From: Alphaproteobacteria bacterium
Lineage (GTDB): Bacteria; Pseudomonadota; Alphaproteobacteria; GCA-2746255
NCBI GenBank assembly: GCA_021296325.1
Contig: JAGWAR010000003.1
Coordinates: 5,796 to 69,795 of the forward strand
DNA: 64,000 bases
Reading direction: 5' to 3'
Shown here: piece by piece, positions 40,901-53,888 of the stretch
Layout of the letters: each line of letters starts with the position of its first letter
Numbering within the stretch: the stretch's first letter is position 1
Program-made: the position numbers and the translations under genes
Notes under the pieces: model-generated
Told to the model about the DNA's origin: nothing
The model's input: the letters and a program-made list of their open reading frames with translations, nothing else
Database searches by the model: none

Positions 40901-41342
40901 TCAGCCGCCCCACGAATTCCTCGAAGTCCTTGGCTTCGTGAAAATTCCGGTACACGGAAGCAAACCGCACATAGGCCACCTGGTCGAGGTTGGAAAGTGC
41001 GTCCATCACCATTTCGCCGATCACCTCGGAGGAAATTTCGCTTTCACCCGAACTTTCCAGCCGCCGGACGATGCCATTGATGAGCCGTTCGACCTGTTCC
41101 TGCTCGACCGGACGCTTGCGGACCGCAATCTGGATGGAACGCGTCAATTTGTCCCGATCGAAGGGGGCGCGCCGCCCGCTCTTCTTAAGGACGGTCAATT
41201 CCCGCAACTGCACGCGTTCAAACGTCGTAAAGCGCGAACCACAGGCGGTGCACAGGCGCCGCCGGCGAATGGCCGAATTGTCCTCGGTCGGACGCGAGTC
41301 CTTGACCTGGGTGTCCTCATTGAAACAAAACGGGCAACGCAT
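40884..41342 (-). CDS. nrdR: Transcriptional repressor NrdR
   Basis: [18 protein letters not shown] zinc ribbon plus ATP-cone. Confidence 0.9.
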   Translation of the reverse strand: MRCPFCFNEDTQVKDSRPTEDNSAIRRRRLCTACGSRFTTFERVQLRELTVLKKSGRRAPFDRDKLTRSIQIAVRKRPVEQEQVERLINGIVRRLESSGESEISSEVIGEMVMDALSNLDQVAYVRFASVYRNFHEAKDFEEFVGRLSADDE

Positions 41343-41387
41343 GTGTTATCTCCCCATTGCCGGCGCTTCGGCACCGGCGCGTGGCGT

Positions 41388-42695
<1,308 letters not shown>

Positions 42696-42713
42696 CCAGA
42701 CCGGCCTTTCTTC

Positions 42714-43154
42714 TCATCGTGCGGAGAGTTTTTGAACCCGGCGCGCGTGCCGGCCGCCTTCGAAGGGCGTTTCCAAAAACGTTTTCAAACATGCTTTGGC
42801 GGCATCCACCTCGATCAGCCGCGCGCCAAGGGCCAGCACGTTGGCGTCGTTGTGCTGGCGGGCAAGACGGGCCCACTCGGCGTCGTGACAGGGGGCTGCG
42901 CGCAGTTCGGGGTGGCGATTGGCCGCCATGCTGATGCCAAGCCCGCTGCCACAGACCAGCACGCCGCGTTCGACGTCTCCCCGCTGGAAGGCCTGGGCAA
43001 CCGCATCGGCGAAATCCGGGTAATCCACCGATTCCGTGCCGTCCGTTCCCAGATCCAGAACCTCGAATCCCATTTTCTGCAATTCCTCCTTCAGGATTGC
43101 CTTCAAATCGAACCCCGCGTGATCCGAGGCAATTGCAATTGGCTTCGCTGACAT
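42714..43154 (-). CDS. rpiB: Ribose-5-phosphate isomerase B
   Basis: MSAKPIAIASDHAGFDLKAILKEEL.. Start at MSAKP; the track ORF extends 20 codons further. Confidence 0.85.
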   Translation of the reverse strand: MSAKPIAIASDHAGFDLKAILKEELQKMGFEVLDLGTDGTESVDYPDFADAVAQAFQRGDVERGVLVCGSGLGISMAANRHPELRAAPCHDAEWARLARQHNDANVLALGARLIEVDAAKACLKTFLETPFEGGRHARRVQKLSAR

Positions 43155-43456
43155 TGTCGGACGGGCAGCACTTGGGTGGAAAGCGCAAAAAACTACCATA
43201 TGTCGCATGGCCATGCCAGCCCACCCCCGGCCAGGCGGACGCGGAAACGGAGCCGCCCGGACGGGCGGCGGGACCGAATGGACAATGAAGGCCAGTGGAA
43301 ATCGGGGCGTGCGGCGCGCCTGAAAGAAAACAGACGCCTATTTTATTGATTTTGCTGTGAGAAATACCACGTTTTACTTTGATTTCATTGACAGCCAAAT
43401 ATTGCCATGCAACATATAGTCAAATACTCCGTTTCCAATAAACATTGCGCAAGTAC

Positions 43457-43903
43457 ATGAGCGACGACGCCGTCGAGAAAACGTCCCGTACGGAACTGCT
43501 TCGGATGGCCACCGAGATCGTGTCGGCCTATGTCGGCTGCAACAATCTCGACGCCGGGCGAATCCCCGAAGTCATCCAGCTGGTCTATGGTTCGCTCGAC
43601 TCGCTGAGCGCCGGCGGCGGCGGGCCGGAGACATCGCCGCCGCGGCCCATGGTTTCAATCCGCAAGTCGGTGACGCCGGATTACATCATCTGCCTGGAAG
43701 ACGGCAAAAAGCTGAAAATGCTGAAGCGCCACCTGCGCACGACCTACGGGCTTACGCCGGAGGAATATCGGGCCAAGTGGGGCCTGCGGGCGCATTACAC
43801 GATGGTGTCGCCGAACTACCCCGCCCAGCGTTCGGATTTTGCCAAGAAGATCGGGCTGGGCAAGCATGGCAACGCGAAGCGCGACCGCAAGGCGCGTAAA
43901 TAG
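43457..43903 (+). CDS. mucR: MucR/Ros-family zinc-finger transcriptional regulator
   Basis: ..ICLEDGKKLKMLKRHLRTTYGLTPEEYRAKWGL.. carries the Ros/MucR C2H2-like signature. ATG 43457 preferred over TTG 43445. Confidence 0.85.
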   Translation: MSDDAVEKTSRTELLRMATEIVSAYVGCNNLDAGRIPEVIQLVYGSLDSLSAGGGGPETSPPRPMVSIRKSVTPDYIICLEDGKKLKMLKRHLRTTYGLTPEEYRAKWGLRAHYTMVSPNYPAQRSDFAKKIGLGKHGNAKRDRKARK

Positions 43904-43939
43904 CCCCTCGCCCCTCCGCCATTTCCCTTCGTAAGATTT

Positions 43940-45490
43940 TTACTTCGTCGGCGCGATCTCGCCCGTCTTCACCCGCGTCCAATAGGAACGCAGATCCGCG
44001 CGCAACTTGCCGGCCAGCAGGTAAAGCCCGATCGCGTTCGGGAAGGTCATGGCGAAGATCATCGCGTCCGAAAAAGCGATGATCGATCCAAGCCCCATGG
44101 CTGAACCAACAACCGTGAAGCAAAGGAACATGATCTTGAACGTATGATCGGCCACCCGCGTTTTACCGAAAAGATAGGTCCAGCATTTGAGGCCGTAATA
44201 GGACCAGGTGATGATCGTCGAAAAAGCAAAGAGCATGACGGCCAACGCCAGAACGTAGGGAAACCAGTCGATCGTTCGCGCAAAGGCTGCCGACGTCATC
44301 AACACGCCGCCAAGCGCATTGCCGTCCAGGTAAATCTCTTTTTCGAGATAGACTCCCGACAGCACGATCACGAGCGCCGTCATCGTGCAGATGATGATCG
44401 TGTCGACGAAGGGCTCGAGCAGCGAAACGAAGCCCACGGAGACCGGTTCCGATGTCTGCACGGAGGCGTACGCGATGGGAGCCGAGCCAACGCCCGCTTC
44501 GTTCGAGAAAGTCGCCCGCTGCACGCCCATCATGAGAACGCCGATCAGGCCGCCGAATCCCGCTTCCGGCGTGAACGCGCCGTGCACGATGGTCGTGACG
44601 GCGGCCGGCACCAGATCGGCGTTCATGATGACGATGACGAGACCGGCCAGCATATAGACGCTTCCCATGAAGGGAACGACCCGCGCCGTAACGCCGGCGA
44701 TGCTTTTGATGCCGCCGAGAATGACGAGACCGACGACAATGGCCAGGATCAGGCCGAACAGCCAGCCCTGGTTATAGAAGAAACTGTGTTCGCCGCCGGT
44801 GGCGTTGACGAATTGCTGATAGGCCTGGTTCGCCTGGAACATGTTGCCGGCCCCGATCGCCCCTCCGATGCACATCATTGCGAAGAAGGCGGCAAGCCCG
44901 CGCCCCAGCCGGCCCAAACCCAGCTCGGCAAGGCCACGGGAAAGGTAGAACATCGGCCCGCCCGAAACGGTTCCGTCCTCGTGCAGGACCCGGTATTTCA
45001 CGCCAAGCGTGCATTCCGCGAATTTCGAGGCCATGCCGAAAAACCCGGCGGCGATCATCCAGACCGTCGCTCCCGGCCCGCCAAGCGCGATCGCCACCGC
45101 GACGCCGGCGATGTTGCCAAGCCCCACGGTGCCGGACAGAGCCGCCGTCAGCGCGCGGAAGTGGGAAACTTCGCCGGGTTGCGAGGGATCCCGGTACTTG
45201 CCGCGGACGATCGCGATCGCGTGCGCAAATCCCCAGATATTGATGAAGCGGAAGTAAAGCGTGAAAGAAATCGCAACGATGATCAGCCAGACCACGATGA
45301 GCTTGACTTCCGATTCGCCGAAAGGAACGGCATAAAAAATCGCATTGGAAACGGCGTTGGTCAGCGGAGAAAGCGCCGCATTGATCCTTGCATCGAAGTT
45401 TTCCGGCATTTGCTGGGCAAGCGCTGCCAACGCGACCAGCGCCGCCAGCAGCCAGAGAAGCCATTTTTTCTGGAAGATACCGGTCTTCAT
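43940..45490 (-). CDS. Sodium:alanine (AGCS-family) symporter
   Basis: 516 aa, multi-TM. ..[31 protein letters not shown].. is characteristic of the alanine/glycine:cation symporter family. Confidence 0.8.
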   Translation of the reverse strand: MKTGIFQKKWLLWLLAALVALAALAQQMPENFDARINAALSPLTNAVSNAIFYAVPFGESEVKLIVVWLIIVAISFTLYFRFINIWGFAHAIAIVRGKYRDPSQPGEVSHFRALTAALSGTVGLGNIAGVAVAIALGGPGATVWMIAAGFFGMASKFAECTLGVKYRVLHEDGTVSGGPMFYLSRGLAELGLGRLGRGLAAFFAMMCIGGAIGAGNMFQANQAYQQFVNATGGEHSFFYNQGWLFGLILAIVVGLVILGGIKSIAGVTARVVPFMGSVYMLAGLVIVIMNADLVPAAVTTIVHGAFTPEAGFGGLIGVLMMGVQRATFSNEAGVGSAPIAYASVQTSEPVSVGFVSLLEPFVDTIIICTMTALVIVLSGVYLEKEIYLDGNALGGVLMTSAAFARTIDWFPYVLALAVMLFAFSTIITWSYYGLKCWTYLFGKTRVADHTFKIMFLCFTVVGSAMGLGSIIAFSDAMIFAMTFPNAIGLYLLAGKLRADLRSYWTRVKTGEIAPTK

Positions 45491-45525
45491 GCGATCCGTT
45501 CCTTCGGCACGCCCCTGGATCGACG

Positions 45526-45735
45526 CTAGGACTTTCGAAGGCCCTTTTTGTTCAAAACGTAGACGAGTTTCTGCACGGCCGTCCGGGTCAACGTTTCCTC
45601 GGTGTCATGGGGTGAACCGACAATCGTTATCTCCGTTAACGTCACCGGGTCCATCGCCCTCACCTTGACGGCGTTGCCGACCCGCTGAATTTCGATCAGG
45701 ACTTCCCCTTCGCCCGTGTCGAAATTTTGCGTCAT
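45526..45735 (-). CDS. Hypothetical small protein (69 aa)
   Basis: [72 protein letters not shown] 45735 fits better than the upstream in-frame extension. No family recognised. Confidence 0.4.
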   Translation of the reverse strand: MTQNFDTGEGEVLIEIQRVGNAVKVRAMDPVTLTEITIVGSPHDTEETLTRTAVQKLVYVLNKKGLRKS

Positions 45736-45874
45736 GGCTGGCCTTCTACCATACTCGGGCCCGAGGTGACACGCCCGTGCGCGGATCCCGGCACCCCCGG
45801 GAAAACGAAATTGCATTGCACCATAGGGCATTTATGCTGGTCCCGCTCATCACCCCGCACGTTCGAGGTCCCGA

Positions 45875-46792
45875 GTGACGGAAAAAGCCGAAGGTCTTGG
45901 CGAGCTTGCGCAAGATATCGACAATTTCTTGTTTCGCTTCGCTTTTCACGACCTGCAGAAGGTAGCCGCGCTTCAGAAAGAGGCGCTGGAAAAATGGGTG
46001 CCGGTCTGTGAGTCGCTGAAGGGGCATGCGGACAAGCTGGTGGACATCGATCTCGGGCGCGCTTTCGTCGCGCTTGAAAAGGCGATGCAGGCCTTCGGGA
46101 AGTCCGACATTCGCCAGTTCGAGGACGCCGTGCGCGTGAAACTTGCCGTGGATGCGGCGAACGTCCTGCTCAAGCAAGTGATCTTCGCCCGTGAATACGA
46201 GGGCGAGGTCTTCGAGGAGGGCGACGAGGCGTTCTACCTGCCGCCGGACGAGGCCCGGAACAACGCCCTGCTGGTCGTCCTCCACGGCGCCTTCATGAAG
46301 GGCCGCCATTTCATCTGGAAGTGGGTGTTTCCGGCGGCGCGCAGAAAACTGGCCGTCTATGCGCCTGCCTCGCACGGGGTTACCTGGTCGGCAGTCGATT
46401 TCGAATGGGTCGAATCGATGATCGGGAAGCTGGCTGAAAATTACGGGCTGGCGAAAGGGGAAACCATGCTGGCGGGGCTTTCGGATGGTGCCGTCGCCGG
46501 TTTCGAGCTTTGCTGCAGAAAGCGCACCCCTTTCCGGAAGGCCGCCTTCCTTTCCGGCACCCGCCCCTTCAACGTCGCCATGATGCCGAAACTGCCGCTT
46601 TACATCGTCCATGGGACGGCGGATCCGATCTTTCCCATCGCGCACGCGCAAAAAACCGTGGAAAGCCTGCGCGCCCAGGTGGGCGACGTTACCTATCGGG
46701 AACTGGCCGACGCACCACATAGCTTCCCCTATCCGGAAGTCGAGGCGTTGATGGACTGGCTGGTGGAAGCGCGTCCGCGCAGGAAACGCTAG
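45875..46792 (+). CDS. Alpha/beta-hydrolase (esterase/phospholipase-like) with ~120-aa N-terminal helical extension
   Basis: The C-terminal half has ..LLVVLHGA.., nucleophile elbow GLSDG, and ..YIVHGTADPIF...H.. (Ser-Asp-His triad arrangement). The N-terminal part is helical and unassigned. Confidence 0.6.
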   Translation: MTEKAEGLGELAQDIDNFLFRFAFHDLQKVAALQKEALEKWVPVCESLKGHADKLVDIDLGRAFVALEKAMQAFGKSDIRQFEDAVRVKLAVDAANVLLKQVIFAREYEGEVFEEGDEAFYLPPDEARNNALLVVLHGAFMKGRHFIWKWVFPAARRKLAVYAPASHGVTWSAVDFEWVESMIGKLAENYGLAKGETMLAGLSDGAVAGFELCCRKRTPFRKAAFLSGTRPFNVAMMPKLPLYIVHGTADPIFPIAHAQKTVESLRAQVGDVTYRELADAPHSFPYPEVEALMDWLVEARPRRKR

Positions 46793-47289
46793 GACGCTTC
46801 GTCGAGGGAAACGTCGGCGGTAAAGCGAAGCGCGTCGGTCCAGAAACGTTCGAGCCGCTTCAGGGTTTTGTTCGTCGCCTGCAAATCCTCAAGCGTCAGA
46901 TAGCCCTTGCCGAGGGCCTCGACGTGCTTGCCGAAGATCGTCTGCAGAATCCCGCAAAGCTTGAGCCCCTTGTCCGAGCAGCGTACCCGGACGGAACGCC
47001 GGTCATGGGTGGAGCGCTCTTGAACGAGGTAACCGTTTTCGACCAGCTTCTTGAGGTTGTACGAAACGTTCGAGCCAAGGTAGAAACCCCGGATCGTGAG
47101 CTCACCCACGGTCAGCTCTTCCTCGGCAACGTTGAACAGGATCAGGCTCTGGACGTTGTTGATGTCCGTAATGCCGAGGCGGTCCAGTTCGTTCTTCACC
47201 ACGTCAAGGAATCGACGGTGAAGCCGTTCGATCATCGAAAAGATTTGCAGATATTCCGACTGCACGACGTTCCTCTCCATTCCATACAA
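46789..47289 (-). CDS. MarR-family winged-helix transcriptional regulator
   Basis: ..LILFNVAEEELTVGELTIRGFYLGSNVSYNLKKLVENGYLVQERSTHDRRSVRVRCSDKG.. is a MarR wHTH pattern. Confidence 0.7.
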   Translation of the reverse strand: MYGMERNVVQSEYLQIFSMIERLHRRFLDVVKNELDRLGITDINNVQSLILFNVAEEELTVGELTIRGFYLGSNVSYNLKKLVENGYLVQERSTHDRRSVRVRCSDKGLKLCGILQTIFGKHVEALGKGYLTLEDLQATNKTLKRLERFWTDALRFTADVSLDEAS

Positions 47290-47391
47290 GCGGGCGCCGC
47301 ACAGCTAACGCGGCCCTAACACTCTGCCGCGTAAAGGTTAACTTTCCATTTAAGAATACGGGAAAAAAATGTATCTAATACGTTGAATAGT

Positions 47392-50300
47392 CTACATATT
47401 TCTGCGGTACCGGCCGCCAACCTCGAACAGGGCCTGGCTGATCTGGCCAAGGGAGCAGCAGCGCACCGCGTCCATCAGCACCGCGAAAACGTTCGCATCC
47501 TCGAGCGCCGCCGCCTTGAGGCGGGCAAGTATCGGCAGGGCTTCTTTGCGATGCCGCGTCTGGAAGTCGCGCAACCGGCGGATCTGGTCTTCCTTTTCGT
47601 CTTCCGTCGAGCGCTGTAGGGCCGGCGTCGGCAGGGGGCCCTGGGCCTCCGGGTTGAGGAAGGTGTTGACGCCGACGATCGGCAGGGTGCCGTCGTGCTT
47701 GCGCATTTCGTAGAGAAGGGATTCGTCCTGGATCTTGCCGCGCTGGTAGCCGGTTTCCATCGCCCCCAACACGCCGCCGCGTTCGGAGATTCTCTCGAAC
47801 TCCTGCAGCACGGCTTCCTCGACCAGATCCGTCAGTTCCTCGAAGAAGAAGGCGCCCTGATTCGGATTTTCGTTCTTTGCGTTCCCCCACTCCCGATTGA
47901 TGATCATCTGAATGGCCATCGCGCGGCGAACCGATTCGGCCGTGGGCGTGGTGAACGCCTCGTCATAGGCGTTCGTATGCAGGCTATTGCAGTTGTCGTA
48001 GATGGCGATCAGCGCCTGCAGGGTCGTCCGGATGTCGTTGAAGGTCATTTCCTTGGCGTGCAGGGAACGGCCGGACGTCTGGACATGGTATTTCAGTTTC
48101 TGGCTGCGTTCGTTGGCGCCATATTTGAACTTCATTGCCGCCGCCCAGATGCGCCGCGCCACCCTTCCCAGGACGGAATATTCCGGGTCCATCCCGTTCG
48201 AGAAGAAGAAGGAAAGGTTCGGCGCAAAATCGTCGATGTCCATGCCGCGGGCGAGATAGGCCTCGACGAAGGTGAACCCGTTGGCAAGGGTGAAGGCGAG
48301 CTGGGTAATCGGATTGGCGCCGGCCTCGGCGATATGATAGCCGGAGATCGAGACGGAATAGAAATTCGCCACCTTGTGCTCGATGAAATATTCCTGGATG
48401 TCCGCCATCATCTTGAGCGCAAATTCCGTCGAGAAGATGCAGGTGTTCTGCCCCTGATCCTCTTTCAGGATATCGGCCTGCACGGTGCCGCGAACGACGG
48501 CAAGGGCCTCAGCGCGGATTTGCGCCGCTTCCTCATTGTTCGGCTCTCGCCCTTCGCCGGCACGGAACGCTTTCAGCTTCTGGTCGATTGCGGTGTTCAG
48601 GAACATAGCGAGGATGGCGGGCGCCGGCCCGTTGATCGTCATCGAGACGGAGGTCTTCGGGTCGCACAGATCGAACCCGTCGTAGAGCACCTTCATGTCG
48701 TCGAGCGTGGCAATCGAAACACCGGAATTGCCGACCTTGCCGTAGATGTCGGGGCGTTCGTCGGGATCGGCGCCGTAAAGGGTGACCGAATCGAAAGCCG
48801 TCGACAGGCGCTTGGCCGGTGAATCTTTCGAGAGGTACTTAAACCGTTCGTTCGTGCGGAAGGGCCCTCCCTCGCCCGCGAACATCCGCGTCGGGTCTTC
48901 GTCCATCCGCTTGAAAGCAAAAACGCCGGCGGTGTAGGGAAAACGGCCGGGCAGGTTCTCCTTACCCAGCCAGCGCAGCAATTCGCCGTGGTCTTCGAAT
49001 TTGGGCAGGGCAACGCGCGGGATCCTCGAGCCGGAAAGCGAAGTCGTGTAAGGGGTCGTCTCGATTTCCCGGTCGCGGACCCTCTCGACGAAGGTCTCGC
49101 CGCCGTAAGACTCCTTCACGCGCGGCCAATCCTCGAGAAGGGCGCGGAAGGCGGGTTCCATGGCTTTTTCCCGGTCGCGGATGAGCAAATCGATCCCGCC
49201 CGCCTGCTGCTCGCCCGCCTCGGCCAGCAGGCGTTTCGCCGCGGACAGCTGCTGCGCCTCGCGGGCAAGGGCGGCCTGGGATTCCACCTTCGCCAGGTAG
49301 CTGCGCACGCATTCCGAAATTTCCGAAAGGTAGTGCTGGCGCGACGGCGGCACGATGCTGGCGCCCGGCTTCGTCGCCTTGTCCGCCATCGGAGGAAGCT
49401 GCGTTGCCCAGGCCCCGAGCTTGCGGGCGTTGAAAAAATCGAGGCAGCCCTCGTAAAGGGCGGTGACGCCCTCGTCGTTGAATTGCGAGGCGATCGTACC
49501 ATAGACCGGCATTTCCTCTGGCGCTGCAGTGAAAGCCTGCTGGGAACGCTGCACCTGCTTGCGGACGTCGCGTAGCGCGTCCATCGCGCCCTTGCGGTCA
49601 AACTTGTTGATGGCGACGATATCGGCAAGATCGAGCATGTCGATCTTTTCGAGCTGGCTGGCCGCGCCATATTCCGGCGTCATCACGTAGAGCGAGACAT
49701 CGGCATGATCGACGATGGCGGCATTCCCCTGCCCGATGCCCGAGGTTTCCACGATCACGAGACCAAACCCGGCCACCTTGCAGGCCGCGATCATGTCGTC
49801 GAGGCCTTCCGGTACTTCCGCACCCGAGCTGCGCGTCGCCAGCGAGCGCATGTAGACCTTCTCCGTAATCGCATTCATGCGAATCCGGTCGCCCAGCAGG
49901 GCGCCACCCGTTTTCCGCTTCGACGGATCGATGGCGAGAATGGCGATGGCAAGGCCGGGATCGTCCATGTGGAAGCGACGGACGATCTCGTCCACCAGCG
50001 AGGATTTCCCCGCCCCGCCGGTGCCGGTGACGCCAAGCACCGGCGTCGTCGCATGGGTGGCGGCAAGGGTGCGCAGCTCCTTTTGAAGATTTTTTTTGAC
50101 GACGCCGCCTTCGATGCCGGTGACGAGACGCGCAAGGTCCCGCCAGTTTGCTTTCCGGACTCCTTCCAGGCCGTTGGGCAGATGCGCGCATAAATCCGCA
50201 TCCGATTTCTCGATCATGTCGTTGATGATGCCCTGAAGGCCGAGCTGTCTTCCGTCCTCGGGCGAATAGATAGCCGCGACGCCGTAATCGACGAGTTCGG

Positions 50301-50724
50301 CGATCTCTTCGGCGACGATGACGCCGCCCCCGCCGCCGAATACCTTGATGTGCTCGCCGCCGCGCTGGCGCAGCAGGTCGACCATGTATTTGAAAAATTC
50401 CATGTGGCCGCCCTGGTAGGAGCTGATCGCAATGGCGTGCGCATCCTCCTGCAAGGCGGCGGTGACGATCTCTTCGACCGAGCGGTTATGGCCAAGATGA
50501 ATGACCTCGACGCCCGAGGCCTGAAGAATGCGGCGCATGACGTTGATCGCCGCGTCGTGGCCATCGAAAAGGCTGGTCGCGGTGACGAAGCGGACCTGAT
50601 GGCGCGCCTTGTAGGGCCCGATCAGGCCTTCGCCGGCCGATCCGCCGGCGTCCGGTATGGTAGGCTGTCGGGTCCTGCTGGTCTTCGCGCGCGGCATGGG
50701 TTTCTCCGAGGCCCCGTTTCTCAA
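47392..50724 (-). CDS. icmF: Fused isobutyryl-CoA mutase IcmF (B12-binding domain - MeaB-like GTPase - mutase domain)
   Basis: 1110 aa. N-terminal B12-binding domain (..[17 protein letters not shown]..), central P-loop GTPase [16 protein letters not shown], and a large C-terminal acyl-CoA mutase domain. Confidence 0.8.
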   Translation of the reverse strand: MRNGASEKPMPRAKTSRTRQPTIPDAGGSAGEGLIGPYKARHQVRFVTATSLFDGHDAAINVMRRILQASGVEVIHLGHNRSVEEIVTAALQEDAHAIAISSYQGGHMEFFKYMVDLLRQRGGEHIKVFGGGGGVIVAEEIAELVDYGVAAIYSPEDGRQLGLQGIINDMIEKSDADLCAHLPNGLEGVRKANWRDLARLVTGIEGGVVKKNLQKELRTLAATHATTPVLGVTGTGGAGKSSLVDEIVRRFHMDDPGLAIAILAIDPSKRKTGGALLGDRIRMNAITEKVYMRSLATRSSGAEVPEGLDDMIAACKVAGFGLVIVETSGIGQGNAAIVDHADVSLYVMTPEYGAASQLEKIDMLDLADIVAINKFDRKGAMDALRDVRKQVQRSQQAFTAAPEEMPVYGTIASQFNDEGVTALYEGCLDFFNARKLGAWATQLPPMADKATKPGASIVPPSRQHYLSEISECVRSYLAKVESQAALAREAQQLSAAKRLLAEAGEQQAGGIDLLIRDREKAMEPAFRALLEDWPRVKESYGGETFVERVRDREIETTPYTTSLSGSRIPRVALPKFEDHGELLRWLGKENLPGRFPYTAGVFAFKRMDEDPTRMFAGEGGPFRTNERFKYLSKDSPAKRLSTAFDSVTLYGADPDERPDIYGKVGNSGVSIATLDDMKVLYDGFDLCDPKTSVSMTINGPAPAILAMFLNTAIDQKLKAFRAGEGREPNNEEAAQIRAEALAVVRGTVQADILKEDQGQNTCIFSTEFALKMMADIQEYFIEHKVANFYSVSISGYHIAEAGANPITQLAFTLANGFTFVEAYLARGMDIDDFAPNLSFFFSNGMDPEYSVLGRVARRIWAAAMKFKYGANERSQKLKYHVQTSGRSLHAKEMTFNDIRTTLQALIAIYDNCNSLHTNAYDEAFTTPTAESVRRAMAIQMIINREWGNAKNENPNQGAFFFEELTDLVEEAVLQEFERISERGGVLGAMETGYQRGKIQDESLLYEMRKHDGTLPIVGVNTFLNPEAQGPLPTPALQRSTEDEKEDQIRRLRDFQTRHRKEALPILARLKAAALEDANVFAVLMDAVRCCSLGQISQALFEVGGRYRRNM

Positions 50725-50825
50725 GGGAAATCCGATTGCGTGAGCGAAACGCTTGTTTCCAACGTCCGCAGCCGATTATACCAACCAACGGATATATAAC
50801 GATATTGTCTTATATCGAACGCTGA

Positions 50826-51860
<1,035 letters not shown>

Positions 51861-51889
51861 ACTCTTCCAACCGAACAGGAGGCAAGAGG

Positions 51890-53038
51890 ATGGCCGTTTC
51901 GGGACCGCTTCGCGGCCTTACCGTTGTCGATCTGACGCGGGTGCTGGCCGGTCCCTATTGCACGATGATGCTGGCCGAGCTTGGCGCCCGGATCCTCAAG
52001 GTCGAGCCGCCAGACGGCGACGACGCGCGGCGGTTCGGCCCCTTCCTTGGCAAGACCTCCGTCTATTTCGCCTCACTCAACCGCGGCAAGGAAAGCATCG
52101 CGCTTGACCTTAAGAAAGAAGAAGAGAAGGAAATTTTCCTTGCGCTGCTGGACCAGGCCGACGTGCTGGTCGAGAATTACCGGGCCGGCACGATGGAGCG
52201 GTTGGGCCTTGGCTGGGAGACGTTGCACGAACGCTTTCCCCGGCTGATCTACGCCGCCACCAGCGGCTTCGGGCACAGCGGCCCCTACGCCCACCGCCCC
52301 GCCTACGACATGGTCGCCCAGGCCATGGGCGGGATCATGAGCCTGACCGGCCAGCCGGGCGGGCCGCCGACACGGGTCGGAAGCTCAATCGGCGACATCG
52401 CGGCCGGCCTGTTCACGACGATCGGCATCGAGGCCGCCCTGCTGCATCGCGAGCAAACCGGCGAAGGCATGAAGGTCGACGTCGCCATGCTGGATTCCCA
52501 GGTGGCGATCCTGGAAAACGCCATCGGCCGCTACGTAGCGACGCAGGAAGTGCCGGGGCCGCTGGGCGCACATCATCCTTCGATTGCGCCGTTTGGCGCT
52601 TTCCGGGCCGCCGACGACCATCTGATCGTCGCCTGCGCGAACGAGGCCACCTTTGGAAGACTGTGCGAAGCGCTTGAACGCCCCGAACTTGCAACCGACG
52701 CGCGCTTCAAGGACAACATCGCGCGGGTTAAAAACGTCGAAGCCCTGAAAGAAGAAATCGAATCGGTGCTGGACGGCCGGACGAAGGACGAATGGCTCCG
52801 CCTGCTTGAGAATGCGGACGTACCCTGCAGCCCCATCAACAACGTCGAGGACGTGCTGAACGATCCACAGGTGCTGGCCCGCAACATGGTGATTGAGATC
52901 GCAAATCCGGATGCCGGTTCCTTCCGCGCCGCCGGCAATCCAATCAAGCTTTCCGCCTATCCGGAAAGCCCGACGCGGGCGGCAGCGCCCGAACTCGACG
53001 CGGACCGCGCGCGGATTGTGCGCAAGGACGGCGATTAA
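51890..53038 (+). CDS. CoA-transferase family III (CaiB/BaiF-like)
   Basis: MAVSGPLRGLTVVDLTRVLAGPYCTMMLAELGARILKVEPPDGDD.. RBS ACAGGAGG before ATG 51890. Confidence 0.8.
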   Translation: MAVSGPLRGLTVVDLTRVLAGPYCTMMLAELGARILKVEPPDGDDARRFGPFLGKTSVYFASLNRGKESIALDLKKEEEKEIFLALLDQADVLVENYRAGTMERLGLGWETLHERFPRLIYAATSGFGHSGPYAHRPAYDMVAQAMGGIMSLTGQPGGPPTRVGSSIGDIAAGLFTTIGIEAALLHREQTGEGMKVDVAMLDSQVAILENAIGRYVATQEVPGPLGAHHPSIAPFGAFRAADDHLIVACANEATFGRLCEALERPELATDARFKDNIARVKNVEALKEEIESVLDGRTKDEWLRLLENADVPCSPINNVEDVLNDPQVLARNMVIEIANPDAGSFRAAGNPIKLSAYPESPTRAAAPELDADRARIVRKDGD

Positions 53039-53087
53039 GGGCTCCCCTTGTCGAAAGGCCATGATCGCGGTAATGCTATGAGATAAG

Positions 53088-53855
53088 GTGGCCAAGTCAG
53101 GATCGATGGACAAGAACCCGCACGCCTTCCGTTCCGAAACCCCGCTGCCGCGCCGGCGGTCTTTTGTCTTCCGTACGCCACCGATGACCTGCCCCTATCT
53201 CGATGGGCAGATGGAAAGCCGCATCGCGGTGGACCTTACGGGACCGGACGCCAGCGATCGTTACGACTACCTCTCCCAGACCGGATTTCGCCGCACCGGG
53301 CGGTTCGCTTACCGGCCGAATTGCCCGGACTGCTCGGCCTGCGTGTCCGTACGGGTCCTGGCAAAAGACTTCCAGGCGACCCGGAGCCACCGGCGTATCC
53401 AGGCCCTGAACACCGACCTTCAGGTGTCGGAGCAATCCACCATCGCCACGCCCGAGCAATTCTGGCTGTTTCGCCACTACCAGCTTGCCCGTCACCAGAA
53501 CGGCGACATGGCATCGATGGATTTCTCCGACTACCGCGCCATCGTCGAGGAAGGCCTGCCGGAAACCCGGCTGATCGAATTTCGCCGGCCAAACGGCCAG
53601 TTGGCCCTTGTCGGGTTGATCGACTGGCTCCGCGATGGCCCTTCGGCCGTCTACAGTTTCTTCGAACCCGGAGAAACCCGCCGCAGCTTGGGAAGCTTTC
53701 TGATTCTCTGGCTGATCGAGCAGGCGCGCCGGCGCGAACTTCCGCATGTCTATCTCGGCTACTGGATTGCCGAGTGCCGGAAGATGACCTACAAGACCCG
53801 CTTCCAGCCGCTTGAGGGATATGGCCGGGATGGCTGGTACGCACTCGACCTATAA
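53088..53855 (+). CDS. bpt: Arginyl/aspartyl-glutamyl-tRNA--protein transferase (Bpt/ATE family)
   Basis: ..FRTPPMTCPYLDGQMESRIAV.. and the C-terminal ATE_C pattern (..YLGYWIAECRKMTYKTRFQPLE..). Confidence 0.75.
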   Translation: MAKSGSMDKNPHAFRSETPLPRRRSFVFRTPPMTCPYLDGQMESRIAVDLTGPDASDRYDYLSQTGFRRTGRFAYRPNCPDCSACVSVRVLAKDFQATRSHRRIQALNTDLQVSEQSTIATPEQFWLFRHYQLARHQNGDMASMDFSDYRAIVEEGLPETRLIEFRRPNGQLALVGLIDWLRDGPSAVYSFFEPGETRRSLGSFLILWLIEQARRRELPHVYLGYWIAECRKMTYKTRFQPLEGYGRDGWYALDL

Positions 53856-53888
53856 CGAACGGCAGGGAAAGACAGACCTTGGAAAAAC

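Noticed and set aside
44144-45529. 461-aa plus-strand ORF
   Set aside because: Antisense to the AGCS symporter gene; Arg/Asp/His-rich nonsense.
47313-47337. Inverted repeat ACGCGGC-N11-GCCGCGT between icmF and the MarR gene
   Set aside because: It could be an icmF terminator, but the loop is long, no U-tract follows, and it overlaps the MarR promoter region. Too weak to call.
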